Part shown: one piece after another, positions 31,721 through 43,092 of the stretch | How the letters are laid out: each line of letters starts with the position of its first letter | How positions within the stretch are numbered: position 1 is the stretch's first letter | Made by a program: the position numbers and the translations under genes | The notes under the pieces: model-generated | What the model saw: only the letters and a program-made list of their open reading frames with translations | Told to the model about the DNA's origin: nothing | Database searches by the model: none | NCBI GenBank assembly: GCA_002269645.1 | Contig: NIVC01003096.1 | Span: 1 to 64,000, forward strand | DNA from: Macrostomum lignano | Taxonomy: Eukaryota | Length of the DNA stretch: 64,000 nt | Direction of reading: 5' to 3'

Positions 31721-34700
31721 TCAGTGCTCCAGCTGCTTCCACCAGTCCGCTGAAAAAAATAATGAAAACTCGTTGATGGCCTACTGTTAGTAGCACAAAG
31801 GGGATGCTAAAAATTAAATTAAATGCCAGTGAATCATATCTATCAATGCATCACAACTATCGATCAATTTAGATTTATCAATCTTAATCTGCATGTATTA
31901 AGGCGGATCTTTCAATGCCCCAAAAAGCTGGTCGTTCTCGGAAGTTCACGGCAGACACAGGGACTCTGCAGGCCTGTCACACGGCAGACACAGGGACTCT
32001 GCAGGCCTGTCGCACGGCAGACACAGGGACTCTGCAGGCCTGTCACACGGCAGACACAGGGACTCTGCAGGCCTGTCGCACGGCAGACACAGGGACTGCA
32101 GGCCTGTCACACGGCAGACACAGGGACTCTGCAGGCCTGTCGCACGGCAGACACAGGGACTCTGCAGGCCTGTCACACGGCGGATACAGGGACTCTGCAG
32201 GTCTGTCACACGGCAGACACAGGGACTCTGCAGGCCTGTCACACGGCAGACACAGGGACTCTGCAGGCCTGTCGCATGGCCTGTCACACGGCAGACACAG
32301 GGACTCTGCAGGCCTGTCGCACGGCAGACACAGGGACTCTGCAGGCCTGTCACACGGCAGACACAGGGACTCTGCAGGCCTGTCGCACGGCAGACACAGG
32401 GACTGCAGGCCTGTCGCACGGCAGTCACAGGGACTGTGCGGCTACTCACACGGCAGCAGGAGTGTCTCGGTGCTTTCCGGAGCCTCTGAGCAGTCCACTA
32501 TGCACTTCCGGAGCTCTTTGCTGACGGGACTCGGCAAAAACTTTCGCCAGCTGCCCAGCGACTCCCAGAACTCGTAGATGACGAGCCCGCCAGTCTCCCT
32601 GTAGACCCTGACGCTCAGGCTGTGGGAAGCGGGAAAGTCAACAGCACTTGGGAGGCACCCTAAAGAAAGAGACTGCAGTAAGCGCAGGAAGCTGCTGCCT
32701 AAAAGTTCACATCAATCGGAACCAGGAGGTGAGGAAAATGAACACTACAGGAAACCGAATTTCAGATCCCAATTTCGACCTTTTTAGATTTCAGTTTTTC
32801 AACCCGTTGACAATGACACACGGCAGCCCGGGTGTTCAGCTGGGTTGCCGGCTGCCGGGATGGAATTCTGTTACTGATGGGGCGGCTGCAGCAGCTGAGC
32901 GGCAGGCGCGAACTCCCCGCTGGAAGTCTGGCGCCCGGAAGACCGGCACCTGCAGTCAGTCAAGCGGCCCTAAAAAAGTGCAGCTGTGGGCGACTTTTCC
33001 GCTCCCTCCTTCTGTCGCCCTAATTTTCATCTTTCTTAGAAAGACGGCCCGGCCGCTCCCCCTCAAGACTGTCAGTTGTTGGGAGACGGGCAGCCCCGAG
33101 CCGCTGCTCTTGTCTTTTTTCATTTCTCATGCTTGAAGAGGCCGGAGGCGGTCAGGCGCAGGAGATTGCTGGCAGATTGCTCAGCAGGGGGGGGGGGTCC
33201 AGCGCACCCGCCGCCTCCCGCTGGGATTTCTGTTAGCCGGAAGTCCGCACAGGTTACAATATTTCTCCAGGGATAAAATTGTGACAGCTTCTTTGCCCAG
33301 CTAATCGTCATAAGTTTAAATAAAAAATCAACTCAAAAGCCGACAGCTTTGAGCTCAACTTGTGTTCAGTTGGTCCTGTCGATTGACATTGACTCGGAGG
33401 CAGTGAGGCTGGGAAGAAAGTCCAGAGACTATCAGGCGTTAGACTGAGCATGAGGGCAGCAATAAGCTGGGCAAAACTGGGCAAAACTGAGCATAAACTG
33501 AGCATAAACTGAGCATAAACTGGGGCATTAACAGAGTAATAATCTAGGACATAAACTGAGAATAAACTTGGGTATAAACTGAATATGAACTGATGATAAA
33601 CTAAGCATAAACTGAGTAAAAATTGGGCATAAACTGAGTAAAAATTGGGCATAAACTGAGTAAAAATTGGGCATAAACTGAGTAAAAATTGGGCATAAAC
33701 TGAGTAAAACCTGCGGCATAAACTGAGTAAAAATTGGGCATAAACTGAGTAAAACCTGCGGCATAAACTGAGTATAAACTAGGAATGAAAGCAGAGCTGA
33801 ACTGAGCACAAACTGGGCATGTCTGCAGCAATGCACTGAGAATAGGTTTGGGTGCAGGAGCAGAGGCTGCAGACACTCCGAGCTCCCGCTGACAGACTCT
33901 CAATCATCGCCCAGCTACAAAGTTTCCTGTTGAATGCGGGCTTCAGGTGGGGAAGGGGAAGCCCGGCCGAGGATCCCCGGGGCTCCCCAGGGCGCCGTCG
34001 TATTTCAGCGGGAAGCTGCAGAGCTGCATCAGGCCCGCCATCCCGGGGGATTGGCGGCCGCACGGATCCCCGCATTATATCTAATTTAGCAGAGCCTGAG
34101 GTCCGTCTTGACAAAAATCAGCTGTGATGCTTGCGTTGCGCGGGGCGGAGCTGCCCGAACTTTCAGCCGATAATTTGAGAATTTAATTTGCCGCGGAATA
34201 ACTCAGCTGGCAGTTCCGGGATGGCACCCAGATCTGCCAGCGGTGCTGGGCCTGAAGACCGGGCTATAAATCTAGATGTGGGCAAATGTCCTCGTGGTCA
34301 CTCGGCTGCTTCCGTAATGTCAGTTCAGATCTATCAATTCAGATTTATCAATCTCACTCATGTCTATTAATCTCACTCAGGTCTATCAATCTCACTCAGG
34401 TCTATCAATCTCACTCAGGTCTATCGATCTCACTCAGGTCTATCAATCTAACTCATGTCTATTAATCTCACTCAGGTCTATCAATCTCACTCAGGTCTAT
34501 TAATCTCACTCAGGTCTATCAATCTAACTCAGGTCTATTAATCTCACTCAGGTCTATCAATCTCACTCATGTCTATCAATCTCACTCAGCCTCAGGTCTA
34601 TTAATCTCACTCAGGTCTATCAATCTCACTCATGTCTATCAATCTCACTCAGGTCTATCAATCTAACTCATGTCTATCAATTTCACTCATGTCTATCAAT

Positions 34701-37700
34701 CTAACTCATGTCTATCAATCTCACTCAGGTCTATCAATCTCACTCATGTCTATCAATCTCACTCATGTCTATCAATCTCACTCAGGTCTATCAATCTCAC
34801 TAATGTCCATCAATCTCACTCAGGTCTATCAATCTTAATCATGTCTATCAATCTCACTCAGGCCTATCAATCTCACTCAGGTCTATCAATCTCACTCAGG
34901 CCTATCAATCTCACTCAGGCCTATCAATCTCACTCAGGTCTATCAGCAGACTTTCTCGCTTCTGATGCATCAGTCAGTCAGCTGCAAGCCTCTTAATCCC
35001 CAGAAGCAGACCTCTCTCAGACCCTTGTCCCTGTAGCAGATTTCCCGAAAGCGGCCTCAAGCCAAACCGCCCCGTATCTGCCGGATCAGCTTTTCCCTCC
35101 CTTCTCCGGGAAGCCCCCCCGCTTTCAGTAAAAGCCTTCCAGCCAGGAAATGGCCGCCGCCGCCGCAGCAGAGCCCAGCCGGCACTCCGGCCGCTTTTTC
35201 CGGCCCGCAGCAGCGGCAGAAGATCGCGGTTCTGCTTGGGGCAGCAACTTCTTCTCCCCGGCCAGGGCGGTCGTTAGCGGGGGGACTCGGCCAGGTAGAT
35301 GGGGGGGGGGGTTGGCCGGCGAATTTCACGGGCAGCTGAGGCTCCCGGACGCTGTGCACCGAAATTGCCGTGGGCAAAAGTGCAAAGCGGAGCTGCTAAG
35401 ACGCGCACGCACAGAGGCAGGCGGGCTGTGGGGGGAATCGATACGGGAGGCCGGCGACAGCCCCCCCCCCCATTGTCCTGCATTGTCTTCTCCACCACTT
35501 TCCCCGCCCGCTCTGCTTCTGTTCTCGAAGGCCGCTGCGAGAGAGAAGTTTGGCTTCCTGGAGGCAGCGAGGAACAAGGAGTGATGAGGGAGCGCTGGGG
35601 AGGCTGCTGGGGCCGGATAAGTTGACCTGAGCTGCTTCTCTGCGTGCCTCAGTGCTGCTGGGACAGCCCGTAAGCTCGTATTGAATGAGCTGATATCAAT
35701 ATGACTGGTGCCTCCGCCCCTCCGCCCCTCCTGCCCGCTCCACCCTCTCCTGCCCGCTCCACTCTCTCCTGCCCCCTCCACCCCGTCCTCGCCTGCCCCC
35801 TCCACCCCGTCCTCGCCTGCCCCCTCCACCCTCTCCTGCCCCCTCCGCCCCGTCCTCGCCTGCCCCCTCCACCCTCTCCTGCCCCTCCGCCCCGTCCTCG
35901 CCTGCCCCCTCCACCCTCTCTTGCCCCTCCGCCCCGTCCTCGCCTGCCCCCTCCACCCTCTCTTGCCCCCTCCGCCCCGTCCTCGCCTGCCCCCTCCACC
36001 CTCTCCTGCCCCCTCCACCCCGTCCTCTCCTGCCAACTCCGAGCTCTCCACTGCGGCACCAGACCCAAGGCAACCCACAAGAGGCACTGCGGCACCAGAC
36101 CCCAGGCAACCCACAAGAGGCACTGCGGCACCAGACCCCAGGCAACCCACAAGAGGCACTGCGGCACCAGACCCAAGGCAACCCACAAGAGGCACTGCGC
36201 CACCAGACCCAAGGCAACCCACAAGAGGCACTGCGCCACCAGACCCCAGGCAACCCACAAGAGGCACTGCGGCACCAGACCCCAGGCAACCCACAAGAGG
36301 CACTGCGCCACCAGACCCCAGGCAACCCACAAGAGGCACTGCGGCACTCGGCCTTCCAGCTCAGCCGCGTATTTCTTCAGTGCCGCCCGCAGGCGGCTCA
36401 GCTGCTCGTCCTGCACCGTCACGCGACGCCGCACAACCAGAATCTGCGGGTCGGAAGGGTGCGGGGGGTGAGGCAGACTCGGTGAATTCTTTTCGAGCAC
36501 GGGCTGAGAGAATTGATAGCGAGCTGTAAGGCTACGCAGCAGGAGATGCAGTGATAGTGAGATGGGATTAACTCTCCTTGATTGGGAATATAGTTCATAT
36601 TGAGGGATTTTCCCCAGCGCCCTCAAGAAGATTATCCCTCGGCAACATCTCCCAGCAACAGAGGATTATGTCTGAGTAAGAGGGGATTATCTCTAGGCAA
36701 CATGATTATCCCCGGCAACTGAAGATTATCCCCAGCAACAGAGGATTATCTCGGAGCAAGCGGGGATTATCTCTCGGCAACAGAGGATTATCTCCTAGCA
36801 ACAGAGGATTATCTCCTAGCAACAGAGGATTATCTCCTAGCAACAGAGGATTATCTCCTAGCAACAAAGGATTATCTCCTAGCAACAGAGGATTATCTCC
36901 TAGCAACAGAGGACTATCTCTCGGCAACAGAGGATTCTCCCCCAGCTACAGAAGATTATCTCCCAGCAACAAGGGACTATCTATCGGCAAGATAGGATAA
37001 TCTCTGAGCAAGCGGGGATTATCTCTCAGCAAAAGAGATAGAGAGCAGTTTCACACTCAGCAGTTCTACTCGCCAATATTATTCCTGCCCGGATAAAAGG
37101 GATTATAACTCGCCAGATGGGAGCAAGTCCCGGCAGAAGGGATTCTTTTGCTCGCTCCCGTCCCAGCAGACTAGTTGCTCCTCCAGCTTGTTGACCCTGA
37201 GATCCCGCCTCAGGCCGGGGCGGCTCAGCCCGAGCCGAGGGTTGGAAATGATGAAGCACAGAGGCTGCAATATGAAGCTGGGCAGGTCGTTTCCAACAGA
37301 GGCCGAGAGGCTGAGGGGGAACTGAGGAAAAGCTGGGCAAACAGGAGCCGTCAGTCACGTGATCGGCTGGATGGAGCTGAAGATCCGCACCCCCGCCCCC
37401 CCCCCCGAATTGAAAGGGGAGCGCGGCAGGCCTTTTTTGGAGACATTGGAACAGAAAGAGGGGAAACGGCTTCGCTTTCTGCCCCGCTTATCGCCTCGTT
37501 TTCTAAGAAATCGCTACTCCCGATGCATCCGCTCGATTGCTGCCCCGGGCCAGCAATAAATCAGCTGGGTCAACAAGCCTTTTATTGACTTTAATCTCCA
37601 TCGCCTGTCTCCCGTTCTCTGCTGAGTTTGCACTTTTCCTGGCCGGCCTCCTCCGCCTCCTCCCAGTCCGCGCCAGTCAAAAGCAAAGCGGTGCGCGCGC

Positions 37701-40530
37701 TGAAGGCCGAGGAGTTTCGGGCGGCGGCGGCGGCGGCGGCAACCCATTAAGCGAGAGGCAAACTCGCTTTGGCTACCTGGGACTGCGAGAGCCGGGCTCA
37801 CCGATCCCAGCTAATTCCCGCTCCTTTCGACTGACTTCCCGGCCGCCCCATCGAGCGGAGACGCAGCTCGGCCGGGGCGGGGCCGCAACAGACCGGGAGA
37901 GGCCGGACAGGGAGGGGGCGGCCGGCCGAATCTCTGCTCGGGAATGAAATGGTCTCCGAAGTTTACGAGAGCGGGGTGAGCTGGGGAAAAAGAAGTGGGG
38001 GCGGAGGAGAGCCAGGCCCCCCCCCCCCAATCAATTCTTCTTTCGCGAGGCGAACCGGCGGCGGAAACTATGGCAGGGCCGGGGGGCATGCAAATGGGGT
38101 TCGTGGCGTGTCGATCAATTATTTATTGATCAAAGGCCCCCGAACTTCGCATACGACCGGGGGCGCTGGCCGGAGACTTTTCCTCAAGTGGGAAATTCAT
38201 TCTGTCGGCCGCCATGCAGCCTCCGCGGCGGCCATAAAGACGCGCAGATGCGCGGCGGCCCGAAGAGCGGCGGGCGGGTGACGGCAGCGGGTGACGGCAG
38301 CGGGCGACGGATCCGCTCTCCCGCTAACAAGTTTTCCGGCGGCAGGTTTTGACACTCGGGTGAAAATTCAATTTGTGCTGCGGCGGAGGGGGAGCCGACC
38401 TTCTCAGAGGTCTCGCCGAAGTCTGCGCCGCGAGTAAAACTTTGAGGACGCAGCGGACGGTCGCGCGCGGCAACTCCACCGTGACGAGCAGTGACGAGCA
38501 AAAGTGCAGCGGGAATTGCCGGGACGGCTGGCGATTTTCTAATTAGACTGAGCGAAGGGGGCGGCTAATCAGTGACGGGGGACAGCCCGGCCGGACCGTG
38601 AGAGGCGCTGCCTTGGGGATTTTCCCGGTGACTTCAGAGTGAAGAAGAAACTCGGGGCTGCTCGGGCTGGATTAAGCTTTATTCAAATCCCGACCTGCCA
38701 GTCTCAGACTGCCACGGACATTCAATCCGTTCCTCTCAAAGCCTACTGTGACATCTTTCAGACGCTTTGCCTGATCCGCTCGAGTGCTCCCTCACCAGCA
38801 GCTGCTTCGGCTCAGCTGGCTTAGTGGAAATGCGGCATTCTTTTAAACTGCATGCTAAGCCTTGTTGAAATGCACTGAGAGACTCGGAAATCTCGGAAAG
38901 AGAGGGGATTTCAAGTTTTTATCCAGTAAACCTCGCTTCAAATGCAGATTCCGAGGGCGGATTCCGAGGGCGGATTCCGAGGGCGGATTCCGAGGGCGGA
39001 TTCCGAGGGCGGATTCCGAGGGCGGATTCCGAGGGCGGATTCCGAGGGCGGATTCCGAGGGCGGATTCCGAGGGCGGATTCCGAGGGCGGATTCCGAGGG
39101 CGGATTCCGAGGGCGGATTCCGAGGGCGGATTCCGAGGGCGGATTCCGGGCGGATTCCGAGGGCGGATTCCGAGGGCGGATTCCGAGGGCGGATTCCGAG
39201 GGCGGATTCCGAGGGCGGATTCCGAGGGCGGATTCCGAGGGCGGATTCCGAGGGCGGGTTGCTCAAAAGATTCAATACAAGACTCTCAGAACTCACCACG
39301 GGCTCTTCCTCTTCCATGACAGCCTCCTCGCTCCGGCCCGTGAAGAAGCTAGTGTTAGCTTCCATGCGGTCCACAAGACGCTGAAGTTTCTGCACCTCCT
39401 GCTGCAGACGGCCGGCGGAATCAGCCTGCGACTGAGGCATTGAGTCCTGGACCTGCATGCTAGAGGGTGCGGACATCAGCCGCGTGTAGGGCAGGACAAC
39501 TCCTTGACAGTTGGCAGCGGCAGCCGCAGCGGCGAGTTCCGGCGTCTCGCCGGTGCCGGCGGAAGCCCTGGCGCGTCCCTGGCTTTCAAGGCTGTCCAGC
39601 GCGTTCCTGAGCACGCGGTGCTGCGCCTCCAAATGGGCGCAGATCTCGCGCAGCAGGAATCGGTCGATAAACTGGGCAGCTGAGCTGCCGGCCGGGTGAG
39701 TCTCCGCCAGCGACTTCATCGACAGCGAGACTGCGTTGCACAGCGTGGCAGCGGCCTTGAACACCGGTGCATGCGCTCCCAGGTGTGATGAGAAGTAGCT
39801 ACACAGCTCCTGAGTGTCTATGTTGCTGCCGAAAATAGGGGCGCATGTATTGGCATGGAGACGATAATCGTTGCTTCTCGTTTCCAATTAAATAACGAAC
39901 GGATCTCACTTGGTATGGTGCGTGTCAATCTCAGTGAAGAGTGCTCTCATGCCATCGTCTGTCATGATACCATCCGAAAAGTAGCACACAAATTCAGCCC
40001 AAGAGATGGCTCCATCGTCTAAACGTAGTTAGTAAATGTAGTGATATTTTATTATAAACCTAATATAGTTTAAATGATGGTTCAGCTAGGTGTCCCATTA
40101 CAGTGACGCTTATTCGGTGATTTGGGTCGAGGGTCGGGTTCCAGTGGGTCAAGACCCAAAGGGGGCCGGGGGGCAAGCTTGTATTTTGGCAAAAATTCGC
40201 CGCCACCGCTCTACCGGTTGCGCCCCTTAATTTCCATATATTAAAAATTGATACTAAGAAAACTGAATGAAATCCTTTGTTTATGTTTATTCGCGTTGGT
40301 AAAATTGAATAGTCTTAAATGCTTTAAATAGCGACTAAATGTATCCAATTGAAGGAACGCATTTTTCTTTCAATTAAAAAATCCTCAATCAAAATATTGA
40401 TATCAAAGAACGACAGCTCCCAATCATATGCTCAAATGTTGTTACCGTTTTTGTCCGCCCGACGAAATATGTCATGAAATATACAAAGATCTAAATCTGC
40501 CTTTGTGTGACAATCTTTTTGAAAGGACAT
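31721..40530 (-). CDS. NECAB: NECAB-type N-terminal EF-hand calcium-binding protein with C-terminal ABM domain; exons 40530-40446, 40018-39910, 39825-39297, 36443-36331, 32619-32450, 31749-31721 (344 aa)
   Basis: Spliced translation: MSFQKDCHTKADLDLCIFHDIFRRADKN|DDGAISWAEFVCYFSDGIMTDDGMRALFTEIDTHHT|NNIDTQELCSYFSSHLG...QFIDRFLLRE...LQQEVQKLQRLVDRME...EEEEPV|ILVVRRRVTVQDEQLSRLRAALKKYAAELEGRVPQCL|FLSVRVYRETGGLVIYEFWESLGSW...TETLLLP|SDWWKQLEH*. This tracks vertebrate NECAB1 as I recall it (RRADKNDDGKLSFEEF, IDTHNTNNLDTEELCEYFSQHLG, QFVTRFLLKE, YMIYEFWE, VPASWW). All junctions are GT-AG with matching phases (1, 2, 0, 2, 1), and the exons total 1035 nt. Confidence 0.9.
31948..32456. repeat. 33-bp minisatellite (minus-strand unit CTGCCGTGYGACAGGCCTGCAGAGTCCCTGTGT), about 15 copies, starting at the NECAB exon 5 donor
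   Basis: The unit aligns with the exon-end/donor sequence CTGCCGT|GTGAGTAGCCGCACAGTCCCTGTGA. Confidence 0.93.
33465..33800. repeat. 11/22-bp minisatellite (GCATAAACTGA; AAACTGAGTAAAAATTGGGCAT)
   Basis: Direct reading; lies in NECAB intron 4. Confidence 0.85.
34333..34945. repeat. 19-bp minisatellite TCTATCAATCTCACTCAGG
   Basis: Direct reading; lies in NECAB intron 4. Confidence 0.93.
35720..36035. repeat. C-rich degenerate tandem repeat (CCCCTCCACCCCGTCCTCGCCTG-like), G-tract-rich on the minus strand
   Basis: Direct reading. Confidence 0.85.
36049..36347 (-). repeat. 36-bp minisatellite, 8 full copies plus a partial copy, each containing the NECAB exon 4 end and its GTGGGT splice donor
   Basis: Plus-strand units start at 36049, 36085, ... 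36301, and 36337 (partial). ACCCAC (GTGGGT on minus) ends at 36078, 36114, ... 36330. Confidence 0.95.
36630..37030. repeat. 21-bp minisatellite GATTATCTCCTAGCAACAGAG
   Basis: Direct reading; lies in NECAB intron 3. Confidence 0.9.
38948..39250. repeat. 13-bp minisatellite GATTCCGAGGGCG, about 23 copies
   Basis: Direct reading; begins about 45 nt into NECAB intron 3. Confidence 0.95.
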
Positions 40531-41253
40531 GTTGCTGGTTAAAAGAAGAAACGTAAACTTCGGTGCTTAATTAATTGTCGTAAAGTCAATTTCTTGCAAC
40601 GCGATCATTTCAAATCAGTGAAGAAGTTAATGCAAAATTGTAGCAGTGTATTATAATAAAAATTAGCCTGCTATTTTGCTAGACCAAAAAGGACTAATAA
40701 AATTTCAGAGGTTTAAAAGATTTATCTTTTAAATAATCTTATTTGCTTAGCAAGTACTAATTTTTCGACCAAACGTTCTTTGTTTACTAGAATATATGCA
40801 CTTTTATCTGAGTTCCCGTGTTTTATTTTTGTACTGGTTTGCTTCTTTATTTTTATTCACAAACATCATTTCTGATTTCTTTAATCTTTAACCTTTAAAA
40901 GTGTAGAAGTAACAAACTGTTATGTTGTTAATTTTTTCCCTTTGATCTTCAGTACCAATATGTAATACATAGCTTTAGTTTAATAGAAACATTTTGATCC
41001 GGTTTTTTAATATAGTGAGTGCTAAGTTAGCTAATTAAATCTGGGTAAAATCCCTATGCTAGGTAGACATAGAAATACAAAGCCAACTGTTGTTACTTAT
41101 TAGGTGGGCCCTATGTTACATTAAAAAAATTTTTTTTACCAATGTAATAATTCTAACTAAATAGTATTAGTAAAATACTTCTATAATTTTGGATTTTTGC
41201 AATAGATCTAATTTATGATTACTTGAATGCTAAAAAGGTTATACCAAATTTAT

Positions 41254-41502
41254 GGTGTAGGACCAAAACTGCCACACACCAAGACCGCCACACTTAAGGA
41301 GCTGGGGGAGGAATTTGGCTCAATATGTTATTGAATAGTGCTAGAGAGGAGATGAATAGGTAGGATAGCAAGCAGGACAAGCCTGCAAGAGGAACCTATG
41401 AGAGGAATAGCAATGCTAGAAGATTGGTTAGCTCCCCCTCAATACCAGTAAATATTTGTGGCAGTCTTGGTGTGTGGCCATCTAGACTCTTAGTCATGCA
41501 CC
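41254..41502. mobile_element. Non-autonomous DNA transposon (MITE), 249 bp, with 8-bp target-site duplication
   Basis: Termini are GGTGTAGGAC...GTCATGCACC (8/10 inverted match). An inner 22-bp inverted repeat (41271-41292 vs 41457-41478) has 1 mismatch. AAATTTAT flanks both sides (41246-41253, 41503-41510). Confidence 0.7.
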
Positions 41503-42048
41503 AAATTTATCAAATTGTATCAAAGTAGTCCTACTTTGTTAAAAGATTGTTTTTATATTTTGCTAAAGTTAATACTTTTCTCTAATAAAAATAATTAAAA
41601 TGATTTAAATATGTGAAGTTTTTGTAACTATAACAAGGTCTATATAATAGCTTTTTATGAATGTTTTTATTATTAGTTGTTCTAAAATATGTATTTATTT
41701 ATTTTTAATATAATAAATTTATTAATGTCAATCATTAGAACTTTTAATAATTTTGAAAAACATAATTCTAAAAAAGAATTTATAAATTTCAATTTTAGTA
41801 AAACTTTTTTTTAAAACCTAATAGGCTAATAGCTAGCTATAAATAAAGCTACAAAAATAATTGGCATTTTGCTATATTAGTAGATTGATTGTTTGATATA
41901 TTCTAATTATATTCTAACTAAATAGACTTATTCTTTAGTAGTCTAAAAGAATACTTTTTATATACTTGCTTAATGTAAGATTTATTTAAAAACTCTTTAA
42001 TTTTGAAACATTTAAAATTTAAATGTTTTTGATAGGCCTACTTATTTA

Positions 42049-42470
42049 GGCAGTTGTTATTGTTACGGTGACTGTATAAATAGCGAGACAGTTATTTTTA
42101 TGGTTAACACTTAAAATTAATACCATCTAAATGAAGTGACAAACTTGCTATGCAAATACTATCATGGTTAAATTTAAAAAATAAAGAAATGTTTTATTAA
42201 TAAATACCATGGTAACTTCTAGTGGTTCTTGTCATGGTAGCTCACTTTAGGTAATTGTTACTATTACCTTGTAGTTTAACAGAAATTTCTTCCACATGAC
42301 CGTAAAAAAATCCATTTTGCTTCCTACCTATGTTGACTATAAAAATAACAGTTTTGCTATTTATACGGTTATATTAAGTAAAGACCATAGGCCTGCATAG
42401 TGTCTTGTGTGTTAACCATAAAAATAACCATTTTGTTATTTATACGGTCACTGTAACAATAACAACTGCC
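42049..42470. mobile_element. Mutator/MULE-like MITE, 422 bp, about 62-bp TIRs, 9-bp TSD
   Basis: GGCAGTTGTTATTGTTAC... (42049-42110) is the imperfect inverse of 42409-42470. ACTTATTTA flanks both sides (42040-42048, 42471-42479). Long G-starting TIRs with a 9-bp TSD are typical of Mutator. Confidence 0.8.
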
Positions 42471-43092
42471 ACTTATTTAACCTCTAAATACAAAAGAATT
42501 TCATTAACATTAGTACTTTGTTTCATTTTTAAGTCATTATTAGAAAACTATTGTGAACATAAAGTACCAAAGTAATAACTTCTAATAAGGCTTACACAAT
42601 TTTTATTTAAAGCAAATATAAGTTATATATAAAGATTTATATAAATATTTGCATACTATGCTTATATTAATTATATGATAAGAGATTTTATTATCTAAAT
42701 ATTATTTATATTACTCCTAATGCATTATAATTTATTGTAGTATTACTGTATGTTTTTTAAATAATTATCTATGCCCTTATACACTTAGCATAGGCATTTA
42801 AGTTTTGATGCAATGCTGGAAGGACTTCTTTAGTTGGAGCAATAGCAATATAGCAAACTAATATATTTGCTAAATAAGAAAAAAATACCAAGAAAAAGCC
42901 AGATGCAATTATTTAAATATGAAGTTGTATAAAATGATATTTGAGTTATTGATAAAAGTTGGAGTAGAAAAACATTATGTATGCATTGATGTACACATTA
43001 GTAGGGTGCATACTTGGCAAGGTAAGTAGGGCACAAGGTGAGTTAAAGCTTAATAGTCAGCCAGTCAATAGTCAGTGACAACCCCCAACATG

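Noticed and set aside
38919-39296. C-terminal (SALGIRPRNPPSE)n part of ORF 38919-39887
   Set aside because: Read-through past the GTG|GTGAGT donor at 39296 into an intronic 13-bp satellite.
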